This document shows, in pieces, positions 26,008 to 35,611 of a DNA stretch of 64,000 nucleotides (within the stretch, counting starts at the first letter, position 1; each line of letters begins with the position of its first letter). This stretch comes from an uncultured virus (IMG/VR IMGVR_UViG_3300022752_000039) (Duplodnaviria > Heunggongvirae > Uroviricota > Caudoviricetes). A model generated the notes under the pieces. That model was not told the DNA's origin and searched no databases. It saw only the letters and a program-made list of their open reading frames with translations. The translations under genes were made by a program, and so were the position numbers. The stretch is taken from IMG/VR virus record IMGVR_UViG_3300022752_000039; one strand, written 5' to 3'.

Positions 26008-27377
26008 TGGCAATTAGAATCCAAGTTCGACGTGGAACCGCTACTCAGTGGAGCACTGCAGATCCAGTCCTAGCCGCTGGTGAGATTGGCTTTGAAACCA
26101 ATACTGGAAAATTTAAGATTGGTGTAGGTGGCGCTACAACATGGAGCGGCCTAGATTATTTCCTAGATTCCAGTGATATTGCTGGCCTTATCTCTGGCGC
26201 TGCGCTAGATAACACAGATGATCTTCCTCAAGGTACAACTAACCTCTATCACACAGTTCAACATACTTACAATGCGCTTACTAGTGGTACTCGTAGCAAC
26301 ATTACATTTGCATTAAACGGTAACGCTATTGATGTCTCTGTCCCAACGGTTCAAGGAACTACTGGTGCTCAAGGCACACAGGGAACACAGGGTGTACAAG
26401 GTACAACTGGTACTCAGGGAGTTCAAGGTGTTCAAGGATTACAGGGAGTACAAGGTACAACAGGTGCTCAAGGTACTCAAGGAACTCTTGGTAGCCAAGG
26501 TACAGTTGGTGCTCAAGGCGCACAGGGTACGCAGGGAACACAGGGAACACAAGGAACACAAGGAACTCAAGGTACTCAAGGTACTCAAGGTGTACAAGGA
26601 CTTCTAGGTGTACAGGGTTCTGCAGGTAACTTTGGTGGCGCCACATTTGATTACACATTTAGCACAACAACTACCGCCTCTGATCCAGGTACAGGAAACA
26701 TTAGATTCAATGCGTCTCCTACAACAGCAACTGCTATGTACATTGATGCAAGTAATGATGCTGCAACAGACCTCTCAACATTTTTAAACACAATTGATGA
26801 CTCAACATCAACTATCAAGGGTCACTTCCGTGTCTCTAAGAAGTTTGATGACAGCATATTCAAACTTTACACAATTGGTTCTCTTACAGATAACACTGGC
26901 TGGTTTACAGTTAACTGCTCTTACGTATCTGGTAACGGCACACTGTCTAACTCAGATGACATCGTAATCACCTTTGCTCGTACTGGTGATAAGGGTGACA
27001 CTGGTGCTCAAGGTACTGTAGGTGCACAGGGTGCTGTAGGTTCACAAGGTGCTGTAGGTTCACAGGGTACTGCTGGTTTTGTTGGCTCTAACGGTGCTCA
27101 AGGTACGCAAGGTACTCTTGGTACTCAGGGAGCAGTTGGTGCCCAAGGCACTCAGGGAACTCAAGGAATTCAAGGTACTCAAGGTACGTTAGGTGTACAG
27201 GGAGCAGTAGGTACTCAAGGAACACAGGGTACGCAAGGTGTACAAAGTATTGCCACACAAGGAACCCAAGGTACAGTCGGTACACAAGGTGTACAGGGAA
27301 CCTTAGGTGCTCAAGGAACTATTGGTTCTGAATCTGCAAACCCTACAGTCACAGTTCTTCTATACGGTGGAATGTAA
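26007..27377 (+). CDS. Collagen-like fibre with Mtd-type N-terminal domain
   Basis: IQVRRGTATQW...PVLAAGEIGFETNTGKFKIG; third copy of the TIDDSTSTIKGH domain. Confidence 0.85.
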   Translation: MAIRIQVRRGTATQWSTADPVLAAGEIGFETNTGKFKIGVGGATTWSGLDYFLDSSDIAGLISGAALDNTDDLPQGTTNLYHTVQHTYNALTSGTRSNITFALNGNAIDVSVPTVQGTTGAQGTQGTQGVQGTTGTQGVQGVQGLQGVQGTTGAQGTQGTLGSQGTVGAQGAQGTQGTQGTQGTQGTQGTQGTQGVQGLLGVQGSAGNFGGATFDYTFSTTTTASDPGTGNIRFNASPTTATAMYIDASNDAATDLSTFLNTIDDSTSTIKGHFRVSKKFDDSIFKLYTIGSLTDNTGWFTVNCSYVSGNGTLSNSDDIVITFARTGDKGDTGAQGTVGAQGAVGSQGAVGSQGTAGFVGSNGAQGTQGTLGTQGAVGAQGTQGTQGIQGTQGTLGVQGAVGTQGTQGTQGVQSIATQGTQGTVGTQGVQGTLGAQGTIGSESANPTVTVLLYGGM

Positions 27378-28109
27378 CTAAAGCAGTTCTGTACTACCCC
27401 TATGTATTTGGCTTATTTGTGCTGCCTCTAATAAGAATTTAATAGGGCGGTATACACCTGGCTTTACTGTGAAGGTATTGAACTTCATCTGATCTGCTTC
27501 TTGCTTCATGCGGAAATTAAAGATGTACCAGTCAACTGGGCAGTTGATACCTCGTGATTCCACATCCTCAACTGCACGCTGTGCACCCTTGCGACTGACT
27601 GCATAACCTGCACATGACCACTGCTGGTATGAGCGGCAAGTAAACTCCTCACCGAGATCATGCGCTGCCTCGTTATAGGCAAACAGTGAGTCATCTGGAA
27701 CAAAGAATGAGAAGAAGTCCCAGATGGGCATTAACTCCTGCATGTACATGGTGACAATCTCTTTGAAGTTCTTACTCACCAGGATGTCATCTTCAAAGAT
27801 GATCAGGGTGTCGTAATCTGTCTCTAGGAACTTCTTATAGGCTAGGTAGTTACTAGCCCACACACCAACAACACCAGCAGATGGTGGGAATGTCTCACCT
27901 GGCTGGCAGTAGTCGTGGACTGTGTTAATCTTAAAGCCAGGTGTCTGATTAACAAACGCCTCAGCCTTATCTGCTGTATTCAAATACATTGTGGGTGAAC
28001 CCAGACGAGGCAGGAAAGAGAGCGCCTCTACAATTCCTTCATAGGATTTATTACGTAAGTTATTTCCAGTATCGGTATGAAAGACCTCATAGCAGGCGTT
28101 ATCTAGCAC
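27378..28109 (-). CDS. Glycosyltransferase, GT25-like
   Basis: GVVGVWASNY, LIIFEDD, CAGYAVSRKGA, PVDW. Confidence 0.75.
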   Translation of the reverse strand: MLDNACYEVFHTDTGNNLRNKSYEGIVEALSFLPRLGSPTMYLNTADKAEAFVNQTPGFKINTVHDYCQPGETFPPSAGVVGVWASNYLAYKKFLETDYDTLIIFEDDILVSKNFKEIVTMYMQELMPIWDFFSFFVPDDSLFAYNEAAHDLGEEFTCRSYQQWSCAGYAVSRKGAQRAVEDVESRGINCPVDWYIFNFRMKQEADQMKFNTFTVKPGVYRPIKFLLEAAQISQIHRGSTELL

Positions 28110-28633
28110 TTCTCAATCCACAACTGATAGCCAGATTCAATGATGGTGTACTGCCCCTCACATACGGCTAGGAAGGCGTCTACGCCTCTCTTAGGCTCTA
28201 GGAAGGGATCTCCGTTGTAGTTCCATAGGTAGTCATCAAATGCCATGACGCCACCCTTCTCAAGGAGTTTAAAGGCATTGAGTCCATCCAGGGCAGTCTG
28301 TAACGCAGTGTGATCGCCATCGATGTAGATGAAGTTATAGGTGCGAGATGGGCGATTGAAGAACTCATCGCTAGTCATCTTGTTCTTGGTGATGCGTGGG
28401 TCTTTAAATCGTGAGTCGTAGTAGTCCTCTACGGATGTAAAGTCAATCTGATCATGTGCTACCTCTTCACTTCCCTCCCAGGTATCGACATCATCGAGGT
28501 ACTCGATCTCGCAGTTATCTAGTAGCCACTCTGTGGCATCGCCTGTATAGGTGCCGATCTGTAATGCACGAAGTGGAACATTGGGCACATGACGGAAGTA
28601 CTTCTCTACACTTTTAAACCAATTAGGAAACAT
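28103..28633 (-). CDS. Class I SAM-dependent methyltransferase (Methyltransf_24-like)
   Basis: LQIGTYTGD, VDTW, FIYIDGDH, GGVMAFDDY. Confidence 0.88.
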   Translation of the reverse strand: MFPNWFKSVEKYFRHVPNVPLRALQIGTYTGDATEWLLDNCEIEYLDDVDTWEGSEEVAHDQIDFTSVEDYYDSRFKDPRITKNKMTSDEFFNRPSRTYNFIYIDGDHTALQTALDGLNAFKLLEKGGVMAFDDYLWNYNGDPFLEPKRGVDAFLAVCEGQYTIIESGYQLWIEKC

Positions 28634-28634
28634 A

Positions 28635-29195
28635 TTAGAACAACTTTAAGTTATTGAGGCAGCCGCTTACATACTCTGGTGCCATCTGGTGATCATCGAG
28701 TAGATGCTGGAATAGAACTTTACTCTCTTCTTTGCGGCCTAACCACCAGCCTGCTACAGCCTTCTCAAACATCAAACAATACGCACCGTTGTAATCAACA
28801 TAGGCTGGAAGAGGATTATTGAAAATGGTGGTTGCATAGAGCAATCCCATCTCCGCGTAGGTGTAGCACTGCTGGTACTCCTTATTGCGTTCGTGAATAC
28901 GGGCTAACAAGAAGTACGCCTCTGGGCGATTAGGCATGTATGCAGCAGCCTGCAAGATGTTGTTGAACACTGTCCGATTGCGATCGCCTTGTGCCGACCA
29001 ACACATCGCCATTTTGAGCAGAGATGTATAAGCAATTAGCGGATGGGTCTTGTATCCAAACTCAGCGGCTCGCAAGTAGAAGCCAGCAGCAGATGCGTAC
29101 TGCTTCTCTCTGTCATAGGCTTCAGCAAGATCAAAGTTAAGTTGTACATCCTCAGGCTTTTCAGCAAGGGCGATTGTTATCTCTTTAATTCCCAT
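28635..29195 (-). CDS. TPR-repeat protein
   Basis: FDLAEAY...AAGFYLRA; PNRPEAYFLLARI. Confidence 0.75.
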   Translation of the reverse strand: MGIKEITIALAEKPEDVQLNFDLAEAYDREKQYASAAGFYLRAAEFGYKTHPLIAYTSLLKMAMCWSAQGDRNRTVFNNILQAAAYMPNRPEAYFLLARIHERNKEYQQCYTYAEMGLLYATTIFNNPLPAYVDYNGAYCLMFEKAVAGWWLGRKEESKVLFQHLLDDHQMAPEYVSGCLNNLKLF

Positions 29196-30186
29196 ATGCC
29201 ATCGCCTCCGTAACTAAGCCATTTACAACCTTCTTTGGTATCTCTAATACAAAGGCCGCATTATCTTGCACACCAAAACTTAGCAGTAGTTTGCCGTTAC
29301 GAACAGCGGCTCCTACACAGAACTCAATCGGTGTATCTAAGAATGCAAATGAGTTAGACAGACCAACGAAGTTAAACTCCTTGTCCCACACGATCATGCG
29401 GTGACGATAGATAGAATCTTTTTGGTTCAAGTAGTTACGCCACAACTTTACTTCGTGCGTAAATGCGATGTAGTAATCGCCCCAAGAAACAATGTTAGTA
29501 CCACCACGCTGATCAATAGGAGTAGAGGGTGTTTGTTTTACCAGTACCTGCTCACACTCAGACTTATCAGGATTAGCCTTAACAACTTCAGTAGGCATAG
29601 CCCACTTCACAAAGTGATACGGCTTATCGAGGATAGGCATCCAGTTCTTTTCACAGTATGAGTTAACATCGATAGGAGGTGGTATGCGAACTCGCTGTAC
29701 CTCTTTGGCTGTCCAGTTAGTCTTGTCTAACTCAATCTTGGAGTACTCCATGCGACCCTGACCATTAGGCGTGGTATCACGACGAACACCGATCAGGTAG
29801 TAGTTGCCATCCCACTGAGTGATGCGGCAATCCTCTTCTCCAACAAACTCCCAAATAGGTGGAACATCAAGTGCAGAGTAATCCACCTTGGTGTAGTTGA
29901 TGATGTTGAGATCCTTGTCAAGACGGCAGAGGTAGTTGGTCGTAACTAGTCGCTGGTCTTTTTCAGGATGCAAGTAGGACAGTGGCCCCCAAGGGCTGAA
30001 GAATCGCTGGTCATGCTCTGAGTGGTAGAGCGTGTAGTTGACATGGCGGATATTGACAAGGATGTCGCCATCGTCATCGATAAAGATCGATGGATTCATT
30101 AAGCCCATACCAGATGTGAGGCTGTGAGGCAGGATAAGGGGCGCTGATTTTCCGCCCTGAGAAACCGATTTATGCACCAAATTCAT
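29185..30186 (-). CDS. Five-bladed beta-propeller, glycoside hydrolase/phosphorylase-like
   Basis: NPSI, GEEDCRI, EKNWMP, RGGT, IEFCVG, SFGVQD. Confidence 0.65.
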   Translation of the reverse strand: MNLVHKSVSQGGKSAPLILPHSLTSGMGLMNPSIFIDDDGDILVNIRHVNYTLYHSEHDQRFFSPWGPLSYLHPEKDQRLVTTNYLCRLDKDLNIINYTKVDYSALDVPPIWEFVGEEDCRITQWDGNYYLIGVRRDTTPNGQGRMEYSKIELDKTNWTAKEVQRVRIPPPIDVNSYCEKNWMPILDKPYHFVKWAMPTEVVKANPDKSECEQVLVKQTPSTPIDQRGGTNIVSWGDYYIAFTHEVKLWRNYLNQKDSIYRHRMIVWDKEFNFVGLSNSFAFLDTPIEFCVGAAVRNGKLLLSFGVQDNAAFVLEIPKKVVNGLVTEAMAYGN

Positions 30187-30222
30187 GGGCGCTACACTAC
30201 CAGTAAGTACTACACTTATAGT

Positions 30223-30855
30223 ATGAAAACTTGCTCAGTTTCGGGATGCACAAATAAGTACCGCTCTATCGGACTGTGCAGTACTCACTGGAAAATTAAC
30301 AAGAGGTACGGAACTCCTACCCCGCTGTGTTGGTGCGAAGAGCCAGCCCAAACTAATGCTGGAAATCATGCAGCATCGATCCTGTGCAAGAACCACACCC
30401 TTACAGAACGTTTTTGGGAGTATGTCGATATCCGTAGTTCCGAAGAATGTTGGGAATGGAAAGGGAGTAAAACTGCTGCAAATTATGGGCTTATTTATTG
30501 GCAGGACAGCCTTCAGTATGCTCACAGGCTCTCCCTTGAGTTAGATGGTAGACCAGTACCTCCTAAGTGGCATGCTTGCCATACTTGCGATAATCCTCCC
30601 TGTGTTAACCCCAATCACTTATTTGTAGGAACTCCACACGATAACGTAAAAGACAAGGTTAAAAAAGGCCGTCATGCTTTTGGAGAAAATCATCCTAAAG
30701 CCAAGTTAACCGATACAGATGTTCTAGAGATCCGTAAACTAGCATCTGAAGGTGTATGGCAAGCAGAGTTAGCCAAAAGGTTTAACGTCCATCCAGGCCA
30801 CATATCTGTCATAGTTGCGGGATTCAAGCGCCGTGACTTACTAGATAAGGAGTAA
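30223..30855 (+). CDS. HNH homing endonuclease (Zn-binding N-terminus, C-terminal HTH)
   Basis: CWEWKG, YAHRLS, CHTCDNPPCVNPNHL...DN; leaderless start after TACACT. Confidence 0.9.
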   Translation: MKTCSVSGCTNKYRSIGLCSTHWKINKRYGTPTPLCWCEEPAQTNAGNHAASILCKNHTLTERFWEYVDIRSSEECWEWKGSKTAANYGLIYWQDSLQYAHRLSLELDGRPVPPKWHACHTCDNPPCVNPNHLFVGTPHDNVKDKVKKGRHAFGENHPKAKLTDTDVLEIRKLASEGVWQAELAKRFNVHPGHISVIVAGFKRRDLLDKE

Positions 30856-30860
30856 GACAA

Positions 30861-31190
30861 ATTCCTACCGCATACAAGGTTTTGGGTCAAGCAGCACCAG
30901 CGGCTACTACCCTAACAACACTCTACACAGTGCCTTCAGCAACATCTGCTGTTGGTTCCACTATCATCATCTGCAACCAGGCAGCCTCTGCTGCTACCTA
31001 CCGCATTGCGGTTAGCCCAGCAGGTGCAGCAGCAGAAGCAAAGCACTACATCGTCTATGGCGCCACAGTCGCAGCCTCAGATACGACTGCTCTGACTCTC
31101 GGAATTACTTTGGCCACAACAGATGTGGTTCGTGTGTACGCTTCAACTGCAACTCTTTCATTCTCACTTTTTGGCAGCGAAATTTCCTAA
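30861..31190 (+). CDS. Small virion fibre-associated protein, probable ATT start
   Basis: AAGGAG 8 nt upstream of in-frame ATT CCT ACC GCA TAC AAG GTT TTG GGT CAA; ORF track starts at TTG 30882. Confidence 0.7.
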   Translation: MPTAYKVLGQAAPAATTLTTLYTVPSATSAVGSTIIICNQAASAATYRIAVSPAGAAAEAKHYIVYGATVAASDTTALTLGITLATTDVVRVYASTATLSFSLFGSEIS

Positions 31191-31213
31191 TTAACTAGTT
31201 AGAGGTAACTTCA

Positions 31214-33076
31214 GTGACTATCACTAACAAGGTTTCATTAAAGAGCGTAATGGCGGGTAACACGCCTATTGCTGACGTTCCAGATGCGCCTACCATTGGA
31301 GCAGCAACAAATGTAGGAACTTCTTGTGCCTACAATAACGGCTCTGCAACTGTTGCCTATACAGCAGCAGCAACTGGTGGAACTGCTACAACATTTACCG
31401 CTACATCTACTCCTGGCTCATTTACTGGCACAGGCTCTTCGCCTATTACAGTCACAGGATTACAGTCTGCTACTTCTTACACCTTTACAGTAACGCCAAC
31501 TAACTCAACGGCTACTGGACCTGCTAGTAGTTCTTCTTCTAGCATTACTGCAACTACAGTTCCAGCAGCACCAACTGTTGGTACTCCTGGCTCTGCCACT
31601 ACTTCGTCTATCTCAGTTCCATTCACTGCTGGTGCGACTGGTGGCTCTGCTATCACCTCTTACACGGTAACTAGTAGCCCTAGTTCTATTACTGGAACTG
31701 GCTCTTCTAGTCCTATTGTTGTTACTGGGTTAGCAAGCAACACTGCATACACCTTTACTGTCACCGCAACAAATGCCAATGGAACTTCTGCAGCCTCTTC
31801 TGCAAGTAGTTCTGTAAGTACTTTAAGTCCATACTTCTTAGAATCTGTTGGAACATCAACACTTACAAAGAACACAGTTGATTCTAATGGAAATATTTAT
31901 GCTCCATTTAATAGTCGTGGCTATTTAAAGTTAGACTCAACAGGAGCAGTTCAATTTTCTACATATTTAAGCAACTCTTATTCTAACTGGCAAACAACAG
32001 GAGTAAAAGTAGACTCTTCTGCAAATACTTACGTATCAGGATGCCTTGCAAGTGCAGGAGGCGGTTCTCCTGGAGAAAACCGCACTCTTGTTGCTAAATT
32101 TGATTCTTCTGGAAGTTTGCAATGGATAAGAGGTCAATACAATGGAAGTGCTACCGTAGCAAATGGAATCGCTATAGATTCTTCTGGAACCTATGTTGCT
32201 GCTACTGGTTACCTTTATAACACTTCATACTCAACATACAACTCTATTTTTCAAAGAACTTCATCTGATGGTTCTTCATCGTGGGGGTATTACAACTCTA
32301 CCAGTAGTAACAATAGCAACTCTGGAGCAACTATTGATTCTTCTGGAAATTGTTATTTTGGTGGAGCGTATACGCCTAGTGCGCAATATGCTACTTTATA
32401 CAAGTTTAACTCTTCTGGAACTTTACAATGGAGCAATTACTACTTCCCTAGCAGTGGAAACGCTGCGTTTTACCAATTAACAAATGATTCTTCTGGGAAT
32501 GTTTATGCGTCTGGTTATGCAACAAACACTGGAGGGTTAGTGGCAAAAATTAACTCGTCAGGAACTATTCAATGGTCACGTATACTTCAAGGAACAACAA
32601 ATTGCAATCTTCAACAGGTAGCATTAGATAGTTCTGGAAACGTGTATGCAGCGGGGTCAATCTATACTGGCAGTGGTTATGTTGGAATCATTGTCAAATA
32701 CAACTCTTCAGGAACACTCCAGTGGCAACGAAGTATGACAGGTCCTAGCAGTGGTGCTGGATACGGAACAATTTTTAATGGAATATCTGTAAATTCTTCG
32801 GGAGATTTAGTGTTGACTGGGTTGCATGATGCTGATGGTGCTTACACCATGAGGGGTTTTGTTGCAACATTGCCTGCTGACGGGTCAAAGACAGGAACAT
32901 ACACTCTAGGCTCTGTAAGTTTAGTCTATGCTACCTCTAGTTACACTGAAACATCAGTCTCTTTGAGTTCAAACAGTATGGGTGGCACTATAACCACTAA
33001 CTCAGTATCTGACTATACTTCTGCAGCATCTTCAAGCCTTAATTACCCATCAGTTAACTACAAAGTGACTTTATAA
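31214..33076 (+). CDS. Fn3 adhesin 1: two Fn3 domains + beta-propeller (DSSGN repeats)
   Basis: PDAPTIG...YTFTVT; repeated DSSGNxY / KFNSSGTLQW blades. Confidence 0.85.
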   Translation: MTITNKVSLKSVMAGNTPIADVPDAPTIGAATNVGTSCAYNNGSATVAYTAAATGGTATTFTATSTPGSFTGTGSSPITVTGLQSATSYTFTVTPTNSTATGPASSSSSSITATTVPAAPTVGTPGSATTSSISVPFTAGATGGSAITSYTVTSSPSSITGTGSSSPIVVTGLASNTAYTFTVTATNANGTSAASSASSSVSTLSPYFLESVGTSTLTKNTVDSNGNIYAPFNSRGYLKLDSTGAVQFSTYLSNSYSNWQTTGVKVDSSANTYVSGCLASAGGGSPGENRTLVAKFDSSGSLQWIRGQYNGSATVANGIAIDSSGTYVAATGYLYNTSYSTYNSIFQRTSSDGSSSWGYYNSTSSNNSNSGATIDSSGNCYFGGAYTPSAQYATLYKFNSSGTLQWSNYYFPSSGNAAFYQLTNDSSGNVYASGYATNTGGLVAKINSSGTIQWSRILQGTTNCNLQQVALDSSGNVYAAGSIYTGSGYVGIIVKYNSSGTLQWQRSMTGPSSGAGYGTIFNGISVNSSGDLVLTGLHDADGAYTMRGFVATLPADGSKTGTYTLGSVSLVYATSSYTETSVSLSSNSMGGTITTNSVSDYTSAASSSLNYPSVNYKVTL

Positions 33077-33084
33077 AGGAAAAC

Positions 33085-33402
33085 ATGACTGTTTACTTAA
33101 ATACACAAACACATGAATACCCAAGATATGCAGGGGATTTAAACCTTTTGGGGTGGGTAGTTGGTCAATCTTTGCCTGAAAATTGGGAAGAAGTTGAAGA
33201 AACCCCTATGCCAGAAACTTTGGATTCTGAAGTGGCTTATGAAATTGAGCCTAAAAAAGTCAATAACAAATGGGTTCAACAATGGGCAATAAGAGACTTG
33301 ACTGAGCAGGAAGTGACAATGGTTACTACACCTCCACCTCCTACTTATGGGTTTCCTGTCTGGGATAAAAGAACTTTATCTTGGGTAGATTTATTCGCTT
33401 AA
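33085..33402 (+). CDS. Small partner (chaperone-like) of adhesin 1
   Basis: Follows adhesin; WVQQWAIRDLT. Confidence 0.6.
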   Translation: MTVYLNTQTHEYPRYAGDLNLLGWVVGQSLPENWEEVEETPMPETLDSEVAYEIEPKKVNNKWVQQWAIRDLTEQEVTMVTTPPPPTYGFPVWDKRTLSWVDLFA

Positions 33403-33432
33403 CCAATTTTTCCAGCAACCATAGGAGACAAT
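33396..33432 (+). promoter_or_regulatory. Repeated candidate late promoter (TTTTTCCAG-N11-GACAAT, 7 nt before ATG)
   Basis: Near-identical copies at 35568-35604 and 38296-38321. Confidence 0.6.
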
Positions 33433-33439
33433 AGGCAAC

Positions 33440-35251
33440 ATGGCTAATATCAAGCGTGCTAATACATCAGGCATCACCAAGAGCGGTGTTGCTATCCCTG
33501 ACGTACCTGATGCACCCACTATTGGCGCTGCCACAAACGTAGGAACATCTAGAGCCTATAACAATGGCTCTGCAACTGTTGCTTTTACAGCAGGTGCCAC
33601 AGGTGGTACTCCTACCTCCTATACAGCCACATCTACACCTGGCTCATTTACTGCCTCTGGTGCTGGTTCTCCTTTAACAGTCACAGGTCTACAAAGCGCC
33701 ACATCTTATACATTTGCTGTTACTGCTACTAATGCAACCGCTACTGGTCCTGCATCTAGCGCATCATCTTCTATTACTGCTACTACAGTCCCTAATGCTC
33801 CTACTATTGGTACCGCCACTAATGCAAGTGGGCAGTCATACACAGGCTCTGCATCTATCTCAGTGCCGTTTACTGCTCCAGCAACTGGTGGTGCTGCTAT
33901 CTCTTCTTACACTGTTACTAGTTCTTCTGGTAACACTGGTACAGGTTCTTCAAGCCCAATTTCTGTGAGCGAGACTGTTGGAAATCCAACCTCTACTGCT
34001 AGAACCTACACAGTCACAGCAACAAACGCTAATGGAACCTCTACAGCCTCTTCTGCATCTAACTCTATTGCTGCAGTCTCTGTTCCTCAGGCTCCTACTA
34101 TTGGAGCAGCAACTGCTGGTAACGCCTCAGCAACAGTTGCTTACACAGCAAACGCAACTGGTGGTGCTGCAGTAACAACTTACACAGCAACATCTTCTCC
34201 TGGCGGGTTTACTGGAACAGGCGCCTCACCTATCACAGTCTCTGGTCTTACAAATGGAACTGCCTATACATTTACTGTGACTGCTACTAACTCTGCAGGA
34301 ACTTCAGCAGCCTCATCTGCTTCTAGTGCTGTAACTCCAGTTGAGCCAATTGCGTTTGTTATTCCTAACACTAATGACTCTGGGTCAGCAAACTTTACAT
34401 CCGCAAACGGTACAACATGGACTCAACGGTCAGCAATTGATTTAAACACTAATTTTTATGCAAATTACGCATCTGTGTTTTCTAAATGGTACGCCATTCC
34501 TTCTTCTGGAAGCACATACTATTATAGTACAGACGGAATTAACTGGACAAGTGGAACTCTTGCAACATCAAACGGTTGGAACAAACCCATATCTGTAGGA
34601 ACTGACCGAATTGTTTTATACTCTGGACAGACTAACTTAGTTAACTACTCTACTAATGGAACTACTTGGACTCAAGCAGCAACACCTAACTCAAATGCTA
34701 CTGTTTCTGAAACCAGGATTGCTTCTGGAAATGGTTTTTTCTTGGGATGGCAAGCCAGTAGTGGAATAATAAAGTCTTCTAATGGTTCAACTTGGTCTAA
34801 CTACGATGTACAAAATTTGGCTGTAAATGGGTACACAGTCGCTGGTCTTACCTTTGGTAATGGAAGATTCCTTCTTTATGCTGATAGGGTGTACTACTCT
34901 ACAGATACAACCACTTGGACCGCTGGCGGAAACGCTTATGGGTATTTAGCGAGTTCTGCTTTTTCCATTTACCATCAATCTGCAGGACTGTTTATGATAT
35001 TTAGCAATCTTTATAACTATTTTTACACTACACCAACTGGAGCAACTACAACACAAAGAGCCTTTACAAACACTGCTGAACTTAACCGTATAGTGTACAC
35101 CGCTGGAACAGTAAACACTGCAGTGTTTAATAGAAATGGTGGTGGTGGTGGACAAGTGGCGTACTCAACAAACGGCACAACAATTACTTACGGAACAAGT
35201 CTTTCAACTAATTTTGTTGGTCAAGTTGGTGGAAAAGACTCTAACTACTAA
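33440..35251 (+). CDS. Fn3 adhesin 2: three Fn3 domains + BNR/Asp-box-like propeller
   Basis: Three APTIG Fn3 starts; S-x-[DN]G-x-x-W repeats. Confidence 0.85.
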   Translation: MANIKRANTSGITKSGVAIPDVPDAPTIGAATNVGTSRAYNNGSATVAFTAGATGGTPTSYTATSTPGSFTASGAGSPLTVTGLQSATSYTFAVTATNATATGPASSASSSITATTVPNAPTIGTATNASGQSYTGSASISVPFTAPATGGAAISSYTVTSSSGNTGTGSSSPISVSETVGNPTSTARTYTVTATNANGTSTASSASNSIAAVSVPQAPTIGAATAGNASATVAYTANATGGAAVTTYTATSSPGGFTGTGASPITVSGLTNGTAYTFTVTATNSAGTSAASSASSAVTPVEPIAFVIPNTNDSGSANFTSANGTTWTQRSAIDLNTNFYANYASVFSKWYAIPSSGSTYYYSTDGINWTSGTLATSNGWNKPISVGTDRIVLYSGQTNLVNYSTNGTTWTQAATPNSNATVSETRIASGNGFFLGWQASSGIIKSSNGSTWSNYDVQNLAVNGYTVAGLTFGNGRFLLYADRVYYSTDTTTWTAGGNAYGYLASSAFSIYHQSAGLFMIFSNLYNYFYTTPTGATTTQRAFTNTAELNRIVYTAGTVNTAVFNRNGGGGGQVAYSTNGTTITYGTSLSTNFVGQVGGKDSNY

Positions 35252-35268
35252 AATGAAAAGGATGAATA

Positions 35269-35562
35269 ATGAGATATGAACTAGATGAAAATAACGGAAT
35301 CAATATCTTTGAAGAAGGAAATGAAATTCCAGTTATTTATCAACCACATTGGCCAGATAATACTCCTTGGGCAGATGCTGCTGAGGCACGCTCTTGGGCA
35401 GAGATAAAGATTGCAGAGATAACTGACCCAGAAGCACCTCTTGCTGGAAACTCTCCTTCAGAGCCAACCTTTCCTAGACCAACTGAAGAAGATATGCGTC
35501 TTGCTCGCCTACGTGCAACTGGATTATCAGTGGATGACTTGAAGGCGCTACTAGGCCTTTAA
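35269..35562 (+). CDS. Small partner of adhesin 2
   Basis: QPHWPDNTPW; C-terminal GLSVDDLKALLGL. Confidence 0.65.
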   Translation: MRYELDENNGINIFEEGNEIPVIYQPHWPDNTPWADAAEARSWAEIKIAEITDPEAPLAGNSPSEPTFPRPTEEDMRLARLRATGLSVDDLKALLGL

Positions 35563-35567
35563 TTCGG

Positions 35568-35604
35568 CGCTTAACCAATTTTTCCAGTAATGATAGGAGA
35601 TACT
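35568..35604 (+). promoter_or_regulatory. Second copy of the candidate late promoter (GATACT)
   Basis: cgcttaaccaatttttccagtaatgataggaGATACT-7nt-ATG. Confidence 0.6.
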
Positions 35605-35611
35605 AGACACT

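Noticed and set aside
22300..27330. CRISPR-like or non-coding tandem repeats (caaggtac/caaggaac periodicity)
   Set aside because: 9/18-nt periodicity with wobble variation is collagen coding sequence; no unique spacers
26007..27377. Diversity-generating retroelement suggested by the Mtd-type N-terminal domain
   Set aside because: No reverse transcriptase and no adenine-variant TR/VR pair seen in the window
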